DNA of 60,390 nucleotides from Octopus sinensis (Eukaryota), in NCBI RefSeq assembly GCF_006345805.1, contig NW_021835015.1, forward strand, positions 1 to 60,390. Direction: 5' to 3'. Position numbers and translations under genes: made by a program. Below the pieces are notes generated by a model. That model worked only from the letters and a program-made list of their open reading frames with translations. It made no database searches and was not told the origin of the DNA. Shown here in pieces: positions 39,112-53,335 of the stretch; positions within the stretch are counted from its first letter, which is position 1; each line of letters opens with the position of its first letter.

Positions 39112-40380
39112 CAAGGGGCGTTCAATAAGTAATGCCCCTGACCCACTTCCCATAGCAGTAGAGCAACGAAACTTGGCACAGTTATTAGTCTTTTTCTACA
39201 TAGAAACCACCCAGAGTTATGCATTTCTCCCATTGCTTGATGCAGCTCTGGGACCGTTTTTGTAGAAGACCCCAGCTTGGTCATCCAACCACGACGTGAC
39301 TTCAGAAATCAAGGCTGCATCATCTGGGAAACGCTTTCCTTTCAAAAACAACTTCATAGCTGGGAAGAGGTGAAATTCAGAGGGTGCAAGGTCAGGATAG
39401 TAGGGGGATGGTGGAGGAGATCATAGCCGCACGCCTGTGCTTCTGATCTGGCGACACGCGAGTTGTAGACCGGAGCGTTGTCCTGCAGGAGGAGGATACC
39501 TTTGCTGATCTTGCCCCGCCTCTTGATTTTGATAGCTTCTCTTAATTTCCTCAAAAGTGAAGCATAAAAGGCTCCTGTAATTGTGGTACCCTTTGCCAGG
39601 AAATCTGTCATCACTATTCCGTCCTGGTCCCAGAAGACTGTGAGCATAACCTTGCCAGCGGAGGGCTGCACCCTTGTCTCCTTTGGAGGAGGTGAGTCAC
39701 GGTGCTTCCACTGCATTGACTGGGCTTTGGTCTCTGGATCATAGTGATGGACCCAGGTTTCATCCTGTGTAATCAGTCTTTTGAAAAATTTTGACTCATC
39801 TCCCAATTCATCCTCGAGCACTCGACTCATTCTTGCTTCTGGAAAGGTGTGAGCAGCCTGGGAATCCATCTGGCAGACACCTTTTGCATATGCAAATGGT
39901 CATGAATGATAGATTCCACAGACCCGGTACTAATCTTGACCTCATGGGCTATTTGGCGAATAGTTATGCATTGATCTAAAATGGCAGCCTCAACTTGACG
40001 GACAGATACCTCATCAATGGCAGAAGGGGGCGACCAGATCTGGGAGCTGTTTCCACAGAGTTCCGACCATGTTTGAATTCATGATGCCAGCGTTTTACAA
40101 GGTCATATGATGGAGCATCATCACCATAATTTACTTTCATTTTATCAAAAGTCTCCCGTGGTGTGCATCCCTTCAAATACAAAAACTGGATCACTGCTCG
40201 ACACTCAACAGGATCCATTTCACACTTGACTCAGTTCAAACACCTGTAAATCAGAAACCACAATTAGTTCAGAGCTGTAATTTGCCACTTCATCTATAGA
40301 GATATAAATGATTGCACATGGATCAGCTAGATCAAACAATTGCAAGTGGGTCAGAAACATTACTTATTGAACGTCCCTCG
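39112..40380 (-). mobile_element. Mariner transposon (1.27 kb), TA TSD, frameshifted transposase
   Basis: TIR C(A/G)AGGG(G/A)CGTTCAATAAGTAATG at both ends, flanked by TA; PRSGRP, ITQDETWVHHYDPE, KVMLTVFWD, LQDNAP. Confidence 0.92.
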
Positions 40381-40605
40381 TATGTAGATGTTATAATTGT
40401 GTGAGGTATGTATAAGAGTAGAAAAATATTGGAAAATAATATTTGCAGAGTAATTACGCATCAAAACAGTAGACTGGAAAATATTTTTAGTATTATTTAT
40501 TCACCATTGCACATGTTTCATTTGCTAGTACGAGTTAGAATATTATACATGTAAGAGAAAATTATAAAATATCTTTATTAAAAACTCCTCAGACAGCGAA
40601 TCAAT

Positions 40606-41824
40606 TATCAGATTGAATAAAAAATAAGCAACGTTTTGAACCATGAAGAATTTGTACCAGATTTTTGCAGGGTTTTGAATTTTTGTTAAACATTTTTTTG
40701 CAGTTGTCTGATAATACAGATATAAACTTACCCAAATGCATCAATAAATTAACATTTATATTTTTTTCCCATTTTACAATCATCTGAAAGGGAACGAATG
40801 TGAAAGTGCGATATTTGAGCAGTTTTGCAATTCAACTTCAAAAAAGGATGTAAAGCAGCTAAAACTGTTCATGATATCAATGAAACATTTGGTGGGGAAA
40901 TGACCAGTGAAAATGGTTTAAATGATTTTGCAGATTGTAAGCATTATGGACGCCCATCTGTCATCGATGACAGTCAAGTAGAGACTGTCATTGAGAAAGA
41001 TCCATATAAAACCACTTGAGAACTGGCAAAATAACTTCAAGTTAGTCAGAAAACTGCCTGCAACCATTTGCATGCAATCAGAAAATCAAAAAAGCTCGAC
41101 AAATTTGAATGAAAATCAGAAAATTCTTATTGCTTCTTCTCCGCAACCAGTCCAATCCATTTCTTGACCATATTGTAACTTGCAATGAAAAGTGGATCTG
41201 TACAATAAAAAACGTTCTTGCAGTGGTTGGAGCAAAATGAAGCACCGAAAACCTTCCCTAAGCCCAAGCTCTTCAAAAAGAAGGTTATGGTGAGTGCTTG
41301 GTGGTGTACTTTTGGAATCATCCATTATAACTTTTTAAAATCTGGAAAAAACATTACTGCAGTAACATATTGTCATGAAATTGCCAAAATGAAAGAAAAA
41401 CCGCTACTCCTCTGTCCCAGACTGGTCAACAGAAGAGGGCCAATCATTCTTCATAACAATGCTCGACCATAAATTTCACTAATGATGCTCCAAAAGTTGA
41501 AGGAACTTGGCTATGAATTTCTTCCCCACCCAGCTTATTCCCCAGACCTTTCTCCTACCGACTACCACTTTTTCAAGCACCTTGATGGTTCCTGAAAGAG
41601 AAGGAGTTCAAAATCAAACTGATGCTGAAACTGTGTTCAAAGAGTTCATCAGCTCCAGAACTCCAGATTTTATGTTACCAGAATAAACAAACTTGTAACT
41701 CATTGGCACAAATGTGTTGATTGTAATGGTACTTACTTTGATGAATAAAATTTCCACATTGCTGAAATATATTGTGATGAATTTCATGTTTCAAAACGTT
41801 GCTTACTTTTTACTCAGCATGATA
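40606..41824 (+). mobile_element. Second mariner transposon, decayed
   Basis: Imperfect TIRs ..AAAAAT/GTAAGCAACGTTTTG; EKWILY, KKVMVSAWW, LHNNARP, PAYSPDLSPTDYHFF. Confidence 0.88.
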
Positions 41825-42181
41825 ATACTCTCTGATTTTCTGTCTGAAGACTTTCTAACAGAAGATATCTTACATGTTTCTCTGTTAATACAATTTTGTA
41901 CCCCCTATTAGTAAATGAAACATGTGTAATGGTGAATAAATAATACCAAAAATTTTTTCTTATCTCCTGTTTTGATATATGTATATGTTTATTATATACA
42001 AGATATACTATATTATCATTAATTGATGGATGCAAAGAAATAAGAAACTTGAAGTAGTCAACTCAAAAATATAGTTGAAGTAGGTAGAGTGGGGAAGTAA
42101 ATGTCAATAAGAACTAACTCAGTCTTGCCAAACAGATGCCAGGACCAAAAAGTGATGATGATGATGATGATCATGATATAT

Positions 42182-42230
<49 letters not shown>

Positions 42231-42284
42231 TATATACATGTGTGTGTGTATATATATATATATGATATATGGCGTAAAAAGAAA

Positions 42285-42700
42285 GAAAATGGTAAATCTA
42301 GTTGAGTTCCTCATGAAGATAACATGGATGCTGCTCGAGCTCAAAAGATTGGCTGTTATGAAAACCTCCTAGAGGATGTGAAGACACAGGCTGGAAAGCA
42401 GAGCATTTTTCAATCAAGTTGGATGTAGAGGGTTTGTTGGACAGTGTGAAGTGACTATTGCCATCATTGACATAATTCATCGTAAAGCAAATACCACTAG
42501 GAGTAATATCCAAACTACACTGGAAAAGGCAAACCACTGGATTTGGTTAGAAAGCAACAATGAGCAATGGCTAGAAGAATATTGAGTGAAACCTGATGAC
42601 CAGTTGATCTAGCAAGCAGGGTCTCATTTCAGTGAGGGGTGCCCAATGATGCTGTCAAGAGATAGGTCCCGAAATGGCAGGCATTCTCTCCTAATGGCTC
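42285..42700 (+). mobile_element. 3' fragment of an RLE-type non-LTR element (HERO-like)
   Basis: Frameshifted VE..PHEDNMDAARAQK..Y..L..GWK..VGCRGFVG..EKANHWIWL resembles the HERO restriction-like endonuclease C-terminus. Confidence 0.55.
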
Positions 42701-42859
42701 CATAAACTTGCTAGCATCTGGTATGCAGAGCTTTCAACAGGTAACACTTGCATCTGCATGTTGTTTGCAAAAAATATTAAAAAATATATATTCGACCCTG
42801 TGCTTGAGGAAACCAATTGATTCAAGTACATCAACATCAAAAATCAATGGAAATTGTAG

Positions 42860-43170
42860 TTGTGATCCCTGTGCCGGTGGCATGTCAAAAGCAGCGTCCG
42901 GATGTGGCCAGTGCCAGCGCCGCCTTCTCTGGCTTCCATGCTGGTGGCATGTAAAAAGCACCAATCCAATTGTGGCCATTGCCAGCCTCGCCTGGCACGT
43001 AAAAAGTACCCACTACACTCACGGAGTGGTTGGCATTATGAAGGGCATCCAGCTGTAGAAACACTGCCAGATCAGACTGGAGCCTGGTGCAGCCTTCTGG
43101 CTTCCCAGATCCCGGTTGAACCGTCCAACCCATGCTAGCATGGAAAACGGACATTAAACGATGATGATGA
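42860..43170 (+). mobile_element. Non-autonomous element sharing the RTE 3' tail
   Basis: CCCACTACACTC..CCAACCCATGCTAGCATGGAAAACGGACATTAAAC(GAT)n, as at 21870-22040. Confidence 0.75.
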
Positions 43171-44143
43171 TATTCATGATCCGCATTATCATCACTTTTC
43201 TATGCTGGCATTAGTTGGGCAGAACTGAGCCAGTACCTCCACCTCACTCCCAACTGAGTTGCAGGACTACATTTTGTTCATACTTTCTCTTTGCAACATA
43301 AGTTTCTGTGTCTGGATTTAACACCAACCACCTTACAAAAAATGTATTGTGTGTGTGAGGGTGTAGTTGGTATAACAAATAGGAGAAAAACTATTCAATA
43401 ATATAGTAGGGGGTAAATATTTTAGTTGATCCAGTAGCATCATAGACAATGTCTTTGTGTTGTCCCTATCCCAAATTAACAATTGGTGTTGTTTTGTTTA
43501 TGTCCTTGCAATTTCACGGTTTAGCAAACGACACTGATAAATAACAAACTAAAAATATGTAGTGGGCGCAATTAGTTTCACTAACCTTTCAAGGTGGTGC
43601 CACAGTTCAATAACTGAAACAAGTAAAAGAGGTAATGTATGAATGTGTATATATAAGAACTACACACACAAACCTATCTGTAGATAGATAACAAAAAGAG
43701 AGGAGAGACACAGGCAGTAATAGAGAAAGCTAGTATATTAGTCAGCAATTGTTAACTTTTGAGAAAATCTAAAATATATAAGTTTAGTTGTATGTCTGTA
43801 TCCAACAATGTATATTATTCTCAGACTTGCACATTATTTGAAATACAAAAAGGTCACAAATTCCAGAACTTTCACATATATTGCTCAGATGAAACTTGGC
43901 TGAGTGACCAAGTGTTTATGTTCAGTAATCTTCCATTTATTAGACAAGACAAACAGGTAAGCACTGAGGTGCGACTGGCACTTTATTTATGATACTGAGA
44001 ATGATGGATTTTAGTTCAAATAAGAATGCAATTATTTTGTAACATTGTTACAGTAGTTTGTTTTAATATTAAAAGTGATGTAATTCAATTTAAAAGATCT
44101 CTGATATCACTGTTAAAAACCAGTGTTCAATTCTTGTTTCATC

Positions 44144-44344
44144 TTAACTCCTTAACATTCAGATGGTTATTCACATTGCTTTGAATTAATCATGCATTAC
44201 CTGTAGCTTGAGATTTAATTGATTGATTGCTTATTTTTAAATTGACTTTCTGGATAGGTCAAGAGGCCAGGCCTGACCGGTTTGAACATAAAACAGGTAG
44301 AATATTTGGGCCAGATATGGCCGGTTTAAATGCTAAAAGGAGAA
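44144..44344. mobile_element. Possible piggyBac-type MITE remnant
   Basis: TTAACTCCTTAACATT ... AATGCTAAAAGG, imperfect termini. Confidence 0.35.
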
Positions 44345-45585
44345 GAAACATCAATTATTAAATCTTCCGCTACATGGAGAGGAAGCCACTCTGTCATGTG
44401 TTAACATCATCAGATGATCTAGTTCTATTCCCAATGTTTCAATAATGTGAAGTGTCATCATGTAGTCAACATCATTTAACATCCATGTTTCATGCTGGCA
44501 TGGGTTGGACAGTTTGACGACGAAGAATTAATTGTTATGTCCAAATATACAATGAAACATCAATGCTTCATTGCATATATATAAGCAGATAAAAAAAATC
44601 ATAGTGACTGCCTGCAAGCGAGTATGACTTAGTAATGTATACCATGCTTTCACTCATTATTTTAAGTGTCTACATAGTTAGAAGCAGATAGACACTCTAT
44701 TGACCTTCTCACCTTTATCTCATAATTTTGTTGATCCAAACACCTGATTAATAATTAAAGAAAGTAGTTATTTTACTAAGACTGTTCAAATTGATTATGT
44801 TTATTACTTGGGAACATGACTATAAAAGAATTTAGCATCAAATTGATTCCAACTTACATTTTCCACAGCTATTCTAACAACAGTGTAATAATACTTATGT
44901 AACCTCTCAGAGGAAACATGACTCTTCCTTCACTCTCTCCACCATTCATTTATGGTTTGAGAATAATTCTATAATTGTTGTAAACTGGAATGGAACTTAC
45001 TCTCTTTCTGCTCACATCCATTCTCCATTTAATGCTACTTGGTTTGCATCTTTTAGAGAGATAGATTAGATATAATAAACTCAAAGAGCAACTAGAAAGT
45101 GAAAGTAGTATCTAACTTAGGATGTCTCATAGATAGTGGTGGCAATGGTGTTGGAGGTGGTAGATGTGGTTATCATGGCAGTGGTTGTGGTGGTATAGTG
45201 GTGACAGTGGATGTGTATGATGGCAGCAATTATAGTGTTGGTGTTTTTGCAGAGGTGGTGGTGGCGGCAGTGGATGATGATGATAATGATGATGATAGAA
45301 GTAGTGGCATTGATTATGTTAGGATGTCTCAGTAGTGGTTGTGAAGATGATTCTGATATTGATAGTCTTTGCATTGAGGTGGTGGCAGAGTCAGAGTAAA
45401 TAATAAGAGCCCAGTTAACACAAGATTCTTAAATTTCGGAGATCATAAGATAGAAAGCAAGAAGTTAAAAGTTCCAATACTGGCCCAATTCCTACACCCC
45501 AGATTCTTCAACTATTTTATAAGAAAGGGGTTAATGGCAGGTTGTATAACAAAAAATACATAAATAAATTACTGTTTTATTCTTT

Positions 45586-45680
45586 GGCAACACGTGTTTC
45601 ATGAGGTACATCCTCGGGTTCCTAAACCACATCTTGTTTCCCTGGAACCCCTCTCAAGATGCCACCCCAATCATCAAGCC
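45586..45680 (-). ncRNA. Decayed hammerhead-like motif at a PLE-type end
   Basis: GGC-UUGAUGA-..UGGGG/CCUCA..-GAAA-C-ACGU-G-UU-GCC followed by AATAAA; C3U change and poor cleavage triplet. Confidence 0.45.
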
Positions 45681-45794
45681 CTTATAACTTTATCAACGTT
45701 CAATACAATAAACAATATTTTAATTTTTAAATCCCATAAATATGTGCAAAATGAGTATGTTTAAATTGGGCAATCTTGGGCCTCTGCCCTCTTG

Positions 45795-46279
45795 GGCAAT
45801 CTTTCGTTTGTAGTAGACCTTTCCGTCGATTTCCGTAAAAAACTTTTATTTTTTTACATATGGGCTTGCGGTAAGTTTTGAAGTAATGAGAGCGAAAGAG
45901 ACTAAGAGAAAGCGAATTGTATGAGGAGGGAAGTTCTTTTGAAGTTACCGTTCATGGGGAGCATTGATGTACATGTGTGTGTGTGCGTGTGTTTGTGTGT
46001 TTCATGGGGTGTGGGAGACAGAAAGTATGTTGTGTAAGTGAAGTACTTCTGTTAGTGTGTGTGAAGAGACAGAGAGAGTAATGTGTGAAAGAGAGATAAC
46101 TGAAATTTTTTACTCGGTGTATGTGTATATGTATGTATGCATGTATGTGTGTGTGTATGTATCTATGTATGTGTGTGTGTGTGTGTTTATGTATGTGTGT
46201 GTATGTATGTGTGTGTGTGTGTATGTATGTATGGCCGATTCAGTGTTTACATTATTTCGAGTTAAAACGAAAGATTACC
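45795..46279 (+). mobile_element. MITE with TIR GG(C/T)AATCTTTCGTT
   Basis: Termini GGCAATCTTTCGTT and AACGAAAGATTACC. Confidence 0.6.
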
Positions 46280-46355
46280 AAAAAGAATTTTGTCTATATC
46301 TTCGATCACTGTCATTATTCCATTGATTCAACCTCATTATTTTCTACATAGCAAA

Positions 46356-46564
46356 GGTAATCTTTCGTTTTAACTCGAAATAAGGTAAACACTGAATCGG
46401 CCATACATACATACACACACATACATACACACACATAAATACACACACACACATACATACATAGATACATACACACACACACATACATACATATACACAT
46501 ACACCGAGTAAAAAATTTCAGTTATCACGGAAAGGTCTACTACAAACGAAAACGAAAGATTGCC
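46356..46564 (-). mobile_element. Internally deleted inverted copy of the same MITE
   Basis: Reverse complement of 46095-46279 joined to the reverse complement of 45795-45829. Confidence 0.65.
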
Positions 46565-46957
46565 AAAGATAAAAAGTTACAGAAATAAAAGTTATACGAA
46601 TAAAGTAAGGAATAAAAATCACAAAAAATATACGAAAATTTACAAAAACTAAGTTAGTTATATAATATATCAGTTTAATATATAAGTTAGTTAATAATAT
46701 ATTTAAAAAAATGTGAATTAAAACGAAAGGAATACGGTAACCGGGTGTTTACATTTCACGTATGTTAACTACGTCAGCAAAATAGCCGTTTACATTTCAC
46801 GTATGTTAACTACGTCAGCAAAATAGCCGTTTACGTCTATTGAGACGGAGTAAATAATATGAAGCCGAAAGACCGAATACCATTGGTTAAAATTCTAATT
46901 ATTAAACAACGTTAAACTTAGAAATTACAATTCCGTTTTCATTCTGGTTTACAGTTA

Positions 46958-47055
46958 TGTTTTCTTTTGACACATTCTACCAGTATACGAAGTTTCAAAT
47001 TGTTTGGTTAAGTAGGAAAAATCTGACAAATCAGGCCTTAAAAATGAAAAGATCC
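46958..47055 (-). repeat. Right terminal inverted repeat (Merlin-like)
   Basis: Ends ...AAAATGAAAAGATCC, followed by TTTATAAT. Confidence 0.85.
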
Positions 47056-48850
47056 TTTATAATTAATTTAATTTATAATTATTTACTTATATATTATTTA
47101 ATGGTAAGTCCGGTTAACTTATTGTATATGTATTTATACGTCCATTAATATTTAAATATATATATATATATGTATGCGAATGTTTGCATACGCAGCAAAG
47201 GTGAATGTGCGTATGTTTGTGAATATGCACGAATGTACGTGTGTGTGTGTGTGTGTGTGTGTGTAGATGTTAATATAATTTTCCTGTACCTATATTGGTT
47301 TGCTGGTGAGAGGTTGATTGGAAATAAAATGGTAATACAACGATATAGGAGTTTCAGTGATGTGATGCTATGTTTAAGAAATGTACAGTATTATTTTGAT
47401 TATATATCGTAGAACAATAACGTATTTTGACTATTTACAATTAATATACTTGTATCTTAATAATAGTATTTCTGTTAACTTATTGTGTATGTATTTAATA
47501 CGTCCTTTGATGGGCATACATGTATTTTATATTGTATAATTTAGTAAATATTTGAATAGAAACCATAGTGGAATGTAAAGATATAGAATTTCTTTTTAAT
47601 GGTAGAATAGTTTGTTTACGGAAAATACGGTGTTATTTTAATTATGTACCTTATGATAATTTACATTCTTCATCGGGGTATAAATGTATGTATGTATGAT
47701 TGCATATACGAATTTATGAATATATGTGAGTGGATCTGTTTGTAAGCATGTATGTGTGTGTAAGTGTGGGCTAATATCTCTTATGTTATGTTGTGATTTG
47801 GCTGCGTATGTGCGCACGTTTGCAAGTGTGCGCGTGTGGATGTCTCTCAACTAACCAACCGTAAAAAACAATTGTAATTTAAATTTAAAAGTATAAGCCA
47901 ATCAAATTCCGCCGTTCGTTTCATAACTATTTCGGAAATTAATAATATATTAGTGTCACAATAGAAATTATTAATTCACATTCATCTGTGGAAATTAACA
48001 CCATGTAAACTGGACTGCTTTTTGTATGTATGTGCAAATATTTAATGCCTTGCATAATACTGTGGTATTATGTTGGTCCCTAGTTTTGCTACTATATTGC
48101 TAATTATGTGATATATGTATTGTTTTATTAGTATTAATGTTATTAGAAATAAGAACAATGATATCGGTAGCATTAATGATATTGATAACAGTATTGATGT
48201 TAACATTAATGACTTTTTGTAAATTAATATAAGGTAATACTGACTCTATATATCTGCATTGAAGTATGAATATGTCTATGTTCTCTACGTTGTAATACCT
48301 TAATATTAAGTTGAAAAACATTGAATATGGAACATATATATATATTATTGATTTATATTATTTGTATTATTATGTATATGTGTATGTATAAGAATATGAG
48401 TATATGCACTCATATATATATATGTAAATGATTTTTTATGGGTATGTACCCACACTTATATGAGTATACGCGTATATGTAATTTGGTTTATACTTTAGAA
48501 TCTCCGAAGAGGCCTTAAGATATCTTTGTAAATGTCTCATTTTTAACTTCATATTGACATACTATACATGGCTAATATAGGTGAAATGAGGCATATTTAT
48601 CTGCATGGCCGAAACAGCTGTAAGATATAGTGTATATTTATATTTATATCTATTTATATTTATTTATTTATATCATCTTATAATGATTGTACCTATTGTG
48701 TTGTATTACTCATTCAGGTACGTTGTTTTGTTATATATTTTTATGTTTAACCTTAATGTTCTTATGTAGTGGTTCAATAAGGTATGTGATTGGGTATTAT
48801 CTGGTAGTTGATTAATGATTTAGATGTCTTTCTCCATTTTCTGATTGTGT
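47056..48850 (+). mobile_element. PLE-B distal 3' UTR (likely continuation of 12960-16177)
   Basis: Collinear with the reverse complement of 53030-54707, starting exactly at the TSD-equivalent position; ends in (TA)n. Confidence 0.82.
48500..48626 (+). ncRNA. Minimal hammerhead ribozyme (PLE-B), U4C core variant
   Basis: ATCT-CCGAAGA-GGCC..GGCC-GAAA-C-AGCT-G-TA-AGAT. Confidence 0.8.
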
Positions 48851-49537
<687 letters not shown>

Positions 49538-50277
49538 TGTTATGGTTTGGCTAGTGCAGTATTTCTTGACCCACTTTCTGGGAGCGGCGCCGGCACGTCT
49601 AGAAGAAAGGCAACAGCCCTTTGCTTACTGGAAGAGTAATGGCTTTTTGGAGGGACCTTTTGGCCTTGTGCGGTCGATTGGGGGTCAGAGAGATGTGAGG
49701 GCCGAGGAAGAGGAAAGTGGTGAGAAAGATAGAGTAAGGAATCTGAGAGCAGATAGAGAGGATATTAGCAGTAGAGACAGATTGAGGGGTAGTGATAGAG
49801 GGACAGTTGGTATTCGGTCGTCAAAGAGAACAGTCGGATTTTGGAAGTCAGGGCAAGTGTTTGGGATGCGAGAGCTTGGCAGGTTGGAGCTGGCGGCGCA
49901 GAAAGGGATATATACAGAGGAATAAGCGGTACAGAGAGAGATGGAGTGCAATATGGGACACTGGCTATTCTAATTAGGAATTAAGGTATTTAATTGTATT
50001 GATACGTGTTACGATGTAAAAGAAAAAAGAGAAAGAAGAAAGAGAGAGAAAAAGAAGGACTCTGATGTAGTCGTTTAAAGACTTTGAATTGTAATAATTG
50101 ATTGTCATAAACTGGTTGTTAAATGTAAGCCAGTTGTTGCCTTGCCGTTTTGTGTCTCGCTCGGTTGCCTCTGTATCTCTGTGCTGCTGCTGCTGTCGTT
50201 GTTCTATCTCTCCTCTCTCTGGGTTCCGTGGCGAACTTGCCCCGTTCGGGCAAGCGGCGACGGGTGATTCCGTAACA
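49538..50277. mobile_element. Probable solo LTR (740 bp) in (TA)n
   Basis: TGTTATGG...CCGTAACA termini; ATAT on both sides; no internal ORF. Confidence 0.6.
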
Positions 50278-50303
50278 ATATATATATATGCATATATATA
50301 TGT

Positions 50304-51391
50304 ACTAGCAGTATCGCCCGGCGTTGCTCGGGTTTGTTTCGACCCGCTGGAATTGTAATTTTGAAAAGTAAAAATTTTGTGAACATTTTTCTGGTCGAAA
50401 TACAGCGAAAAGTGGCGACACAGCAGTGAAAAAATCGTAAAAATAGGGATTTTCATAGAAAAAAGCATCTTTTTGATGTAAATAATTTTTGTGTGTTAAC
50501 ATGGTCCGATTTGAATTTATGTTCTACGGAAGGAAGAGCAACCCTTCTTCTACCATACTCTCAATTTTGGTCAACTTGCGCCGCAGGGTCTCGGAGGAGA
50601 TAGTGTTAGTTGAAGGTTACCATTCTCGGTGCCTGAGTAACAACCTCGCGGATTTACAGATAAATGATTAATTACTATTTTACAGAATAAAATTAAATAA
50701 TTCTTGAAAATTAATTAATATTAATATTTTTTGAACAAAGTAAATAATTTTTAAAACTTAAATAATAATTTTTTTTACACAAACGCGAACGGGGAAAAGG
50801 GGGTGGCGAATTCGATTTACATACCTAAATTTTTTCTTTTTCATGACATTGTAGCAAAATAGTAGTGAATTATATAAATACCAGCAGTACATTTTTTTTT
50901 CTGGGGTATTTTTTTTCAACCTCGTCACATATTTGCCCCTTTCAATTTAAACAAAGTCTTAATTAAGCAATTACGGCAGCTTAGCAATGGTTTCAATACA
51001 GGCGTGACATGTGTATCTCAATTGTCAAAACCCTTCGAATTTTTTCGCACGTGATGATATCATAGTGAAAACTTTCAATTACGCGCGCTTAGAAGTACGC
51101 TCGCAAATTAATACTACCAAAATTTTGAAGTTCGCGCTCCGCTTGTGTGTGTGTGTGTGTGCGTGCTTTAGGTGTACGTAGGTATGTGTTTTTGTGTGTG
51201 TGTGTCACTGAAGCCATACATACATATATACATACATAACCTCTCTCTCTCTTTTCTCTCTCAGTCACTCACTACAAAAAGTGAATAAAAAAAGTTCAGT
51301 TATTTCTGTCTTTCACTCTGTCTGTCTCTTTACACACACTAACAAAAGCACTTCACTTACACACCACACTTTCTGTGTCGCACAACCCATC

Positions 51392-51434
<43 letters not shown>

Positions 51435-51977
51435 GCACGCACACATGTACTCAATGCTTTCGGAGTGAAATGTTAAAAATATTGAGTTTTCTCGAATTTT
51501 GTCTTAATTGGGGGTGAAATTGAAAAAAATATATTATGGCATGACCGAATGGAGTACTTTGAAAAATCTTAGGTAAACTCTAATTGAAGAAATTGTGTGA
51601 GGGGTAAATCGTTATGTATTTATTTGTTTCTGTTTGCTGTGTTTTTTTATTTTTTGAGTAGTGGATTAAATACTTTCAGTTTAGTCTTCCTCAAATCACT
51701 CTGTCGCTATTTACTTTCATTTTATTCGTTGCACACTGTGTGTGTGCGTGTGCGTGTGGTGTAAACCACATTAAGAAAAGCATTTGACATACACACCAGA
51801 ATGTGAGTTTTCTGTAAATTTTGCTTAATTGGAGTTTAAATTTTAAAAACTGGACCTGGCATGACCCGATGCATTCTACTCTAAAAAATGCTAGGTAAAC
51901 TGTAATTGAAGAAATCCTATATTGTAGATTTCTATAAGTTACAAAGGAGGCAGATAAAATCTGCCTTTTATAATAAG

Positions 51978-51979
<2 letters not shown>
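50304..51979 (+). mobile_element. Non-autonomous Helitron-like element (1.7 kb)
   Basis: 5' ACTAGCAGTATCGCCCGGCGTTGCTCGGG; 3' hairpin AGGCAGAT-AAA-ATCTGCCT (51948-66) followed by TTTATAATAAGAT. Confidence 0.65.
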
Positions 51980-52008
<29 letters not shown>

Positions 52009-52039
52009 TGTATAATATATATGCATAATATATATATGT

Positions 52040-52083
<44 letters not shown>

Positions 52084-52259
52084 TATATATATATGTATAT
52101 ATATATTATGGATATATATATACATACATATATATATGTATATATATGTATATATATACATATATATATATATGTATATAAATATGTATATATATACATA
52201 TATATATATATATGTATATATGTATATATATATGTTATATATATGTATATATATATGTA

Positions 52260-52296
<37 letters not shown>

Positions 52297-52303
52297 GTAT
52301 ATA

Positions 52304-52348
<45 letters not shown>

Positions 52349-52371
52349 GATATATATTCACTATACACTAT

Positions 52372-52575
52372 TACTTGTTTCAGTCATTTGACTGCAGCCA
52401 TGCTGGAGCACCGCCTTTAATCGAGCAACTCGACCCGGGACTTACTGTTTTGTAAGCCCAGTACTTATTCTATCGGTCTCTTTTGCCGAACCGCTAAGTA
52501 CGGGGACATAAACACACCAGCATCGGTGGGTCAAGCAATGCTAGTGGGACAAACACAGACACACAAACACACACA

Positions 52576-52609
<34 letters not shown>

Positions 52610-52789
52610 ATATATATATATATATATACGACAGGCTTCTTTCAGTTTCCGTCTACCAAATCCACTCACAAGCATTGGTCGGCCCGGGCTATAGCAGAAG
52701 ACACTTGCCCAAGGTGCCACGCAGTGGGACTGAACCCGGAGCCATGTGCTTGGTAAACAAGCTACTTACCACACAGCCACTCCTGCGCC

Positions 52790-52792
<3 letters not shown>
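52372..52792 (-). mobile_element. tRNA-derived SINE, full length
   Basis: Reverse complement of 34314-34715. Confidence 0.88.
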
Positions 52793-52859
<67 letters not shown>

Positions 52860-52992
52860 ATATATATATATATACATATATATACATATATATATATATA
52901 CATATAGATACATATATATATACATATACTAAATATATATAATATATATAGATATATATAAAGATACATATACTATATAGATACAATATATA

Positions 52993-53031
<39 letters not shown>

Positions 53032-53222
53032 CAAAATGAGAAATGGAGAAGAAATATATATAAAATCAATCATCAACTATCAGATAATACCGCATCATAT
53101 AATTTATTAAACACTACACAATAGCAATGATATTATACATTAATACAGTACAATAATTACAATCAATATGGTGAAATATAACTAAATAAATATAACAAGA
53201 CACAAAAATACATTTACATTGT

Positions 53223-53335
53223 AGCTGACAGCTGTTTCGGCCATGAAGACAGGTATGTCTCATTTATCCTATTAGCTATATAATGCAGGTATAAATGAGA
53301 CATTAACAAGAATATCTTACCTCCTCTTCAGAGAT
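53223..53335 (-). ncRNA. Minimal hammerhead ribozyme (PLE-B copy 2), canonical core with weakened stems
   Basis: AUCU-CUGAAGA-GG..GGCC-GAAA-C-AGCU-G-UC-AG. Confidence 0.65.

Noticed and set aside
45099-45399. Gly/Asp/Val-rich ORFs
   Set aside because: Low-complexity (GGT/GAT)n sequence.
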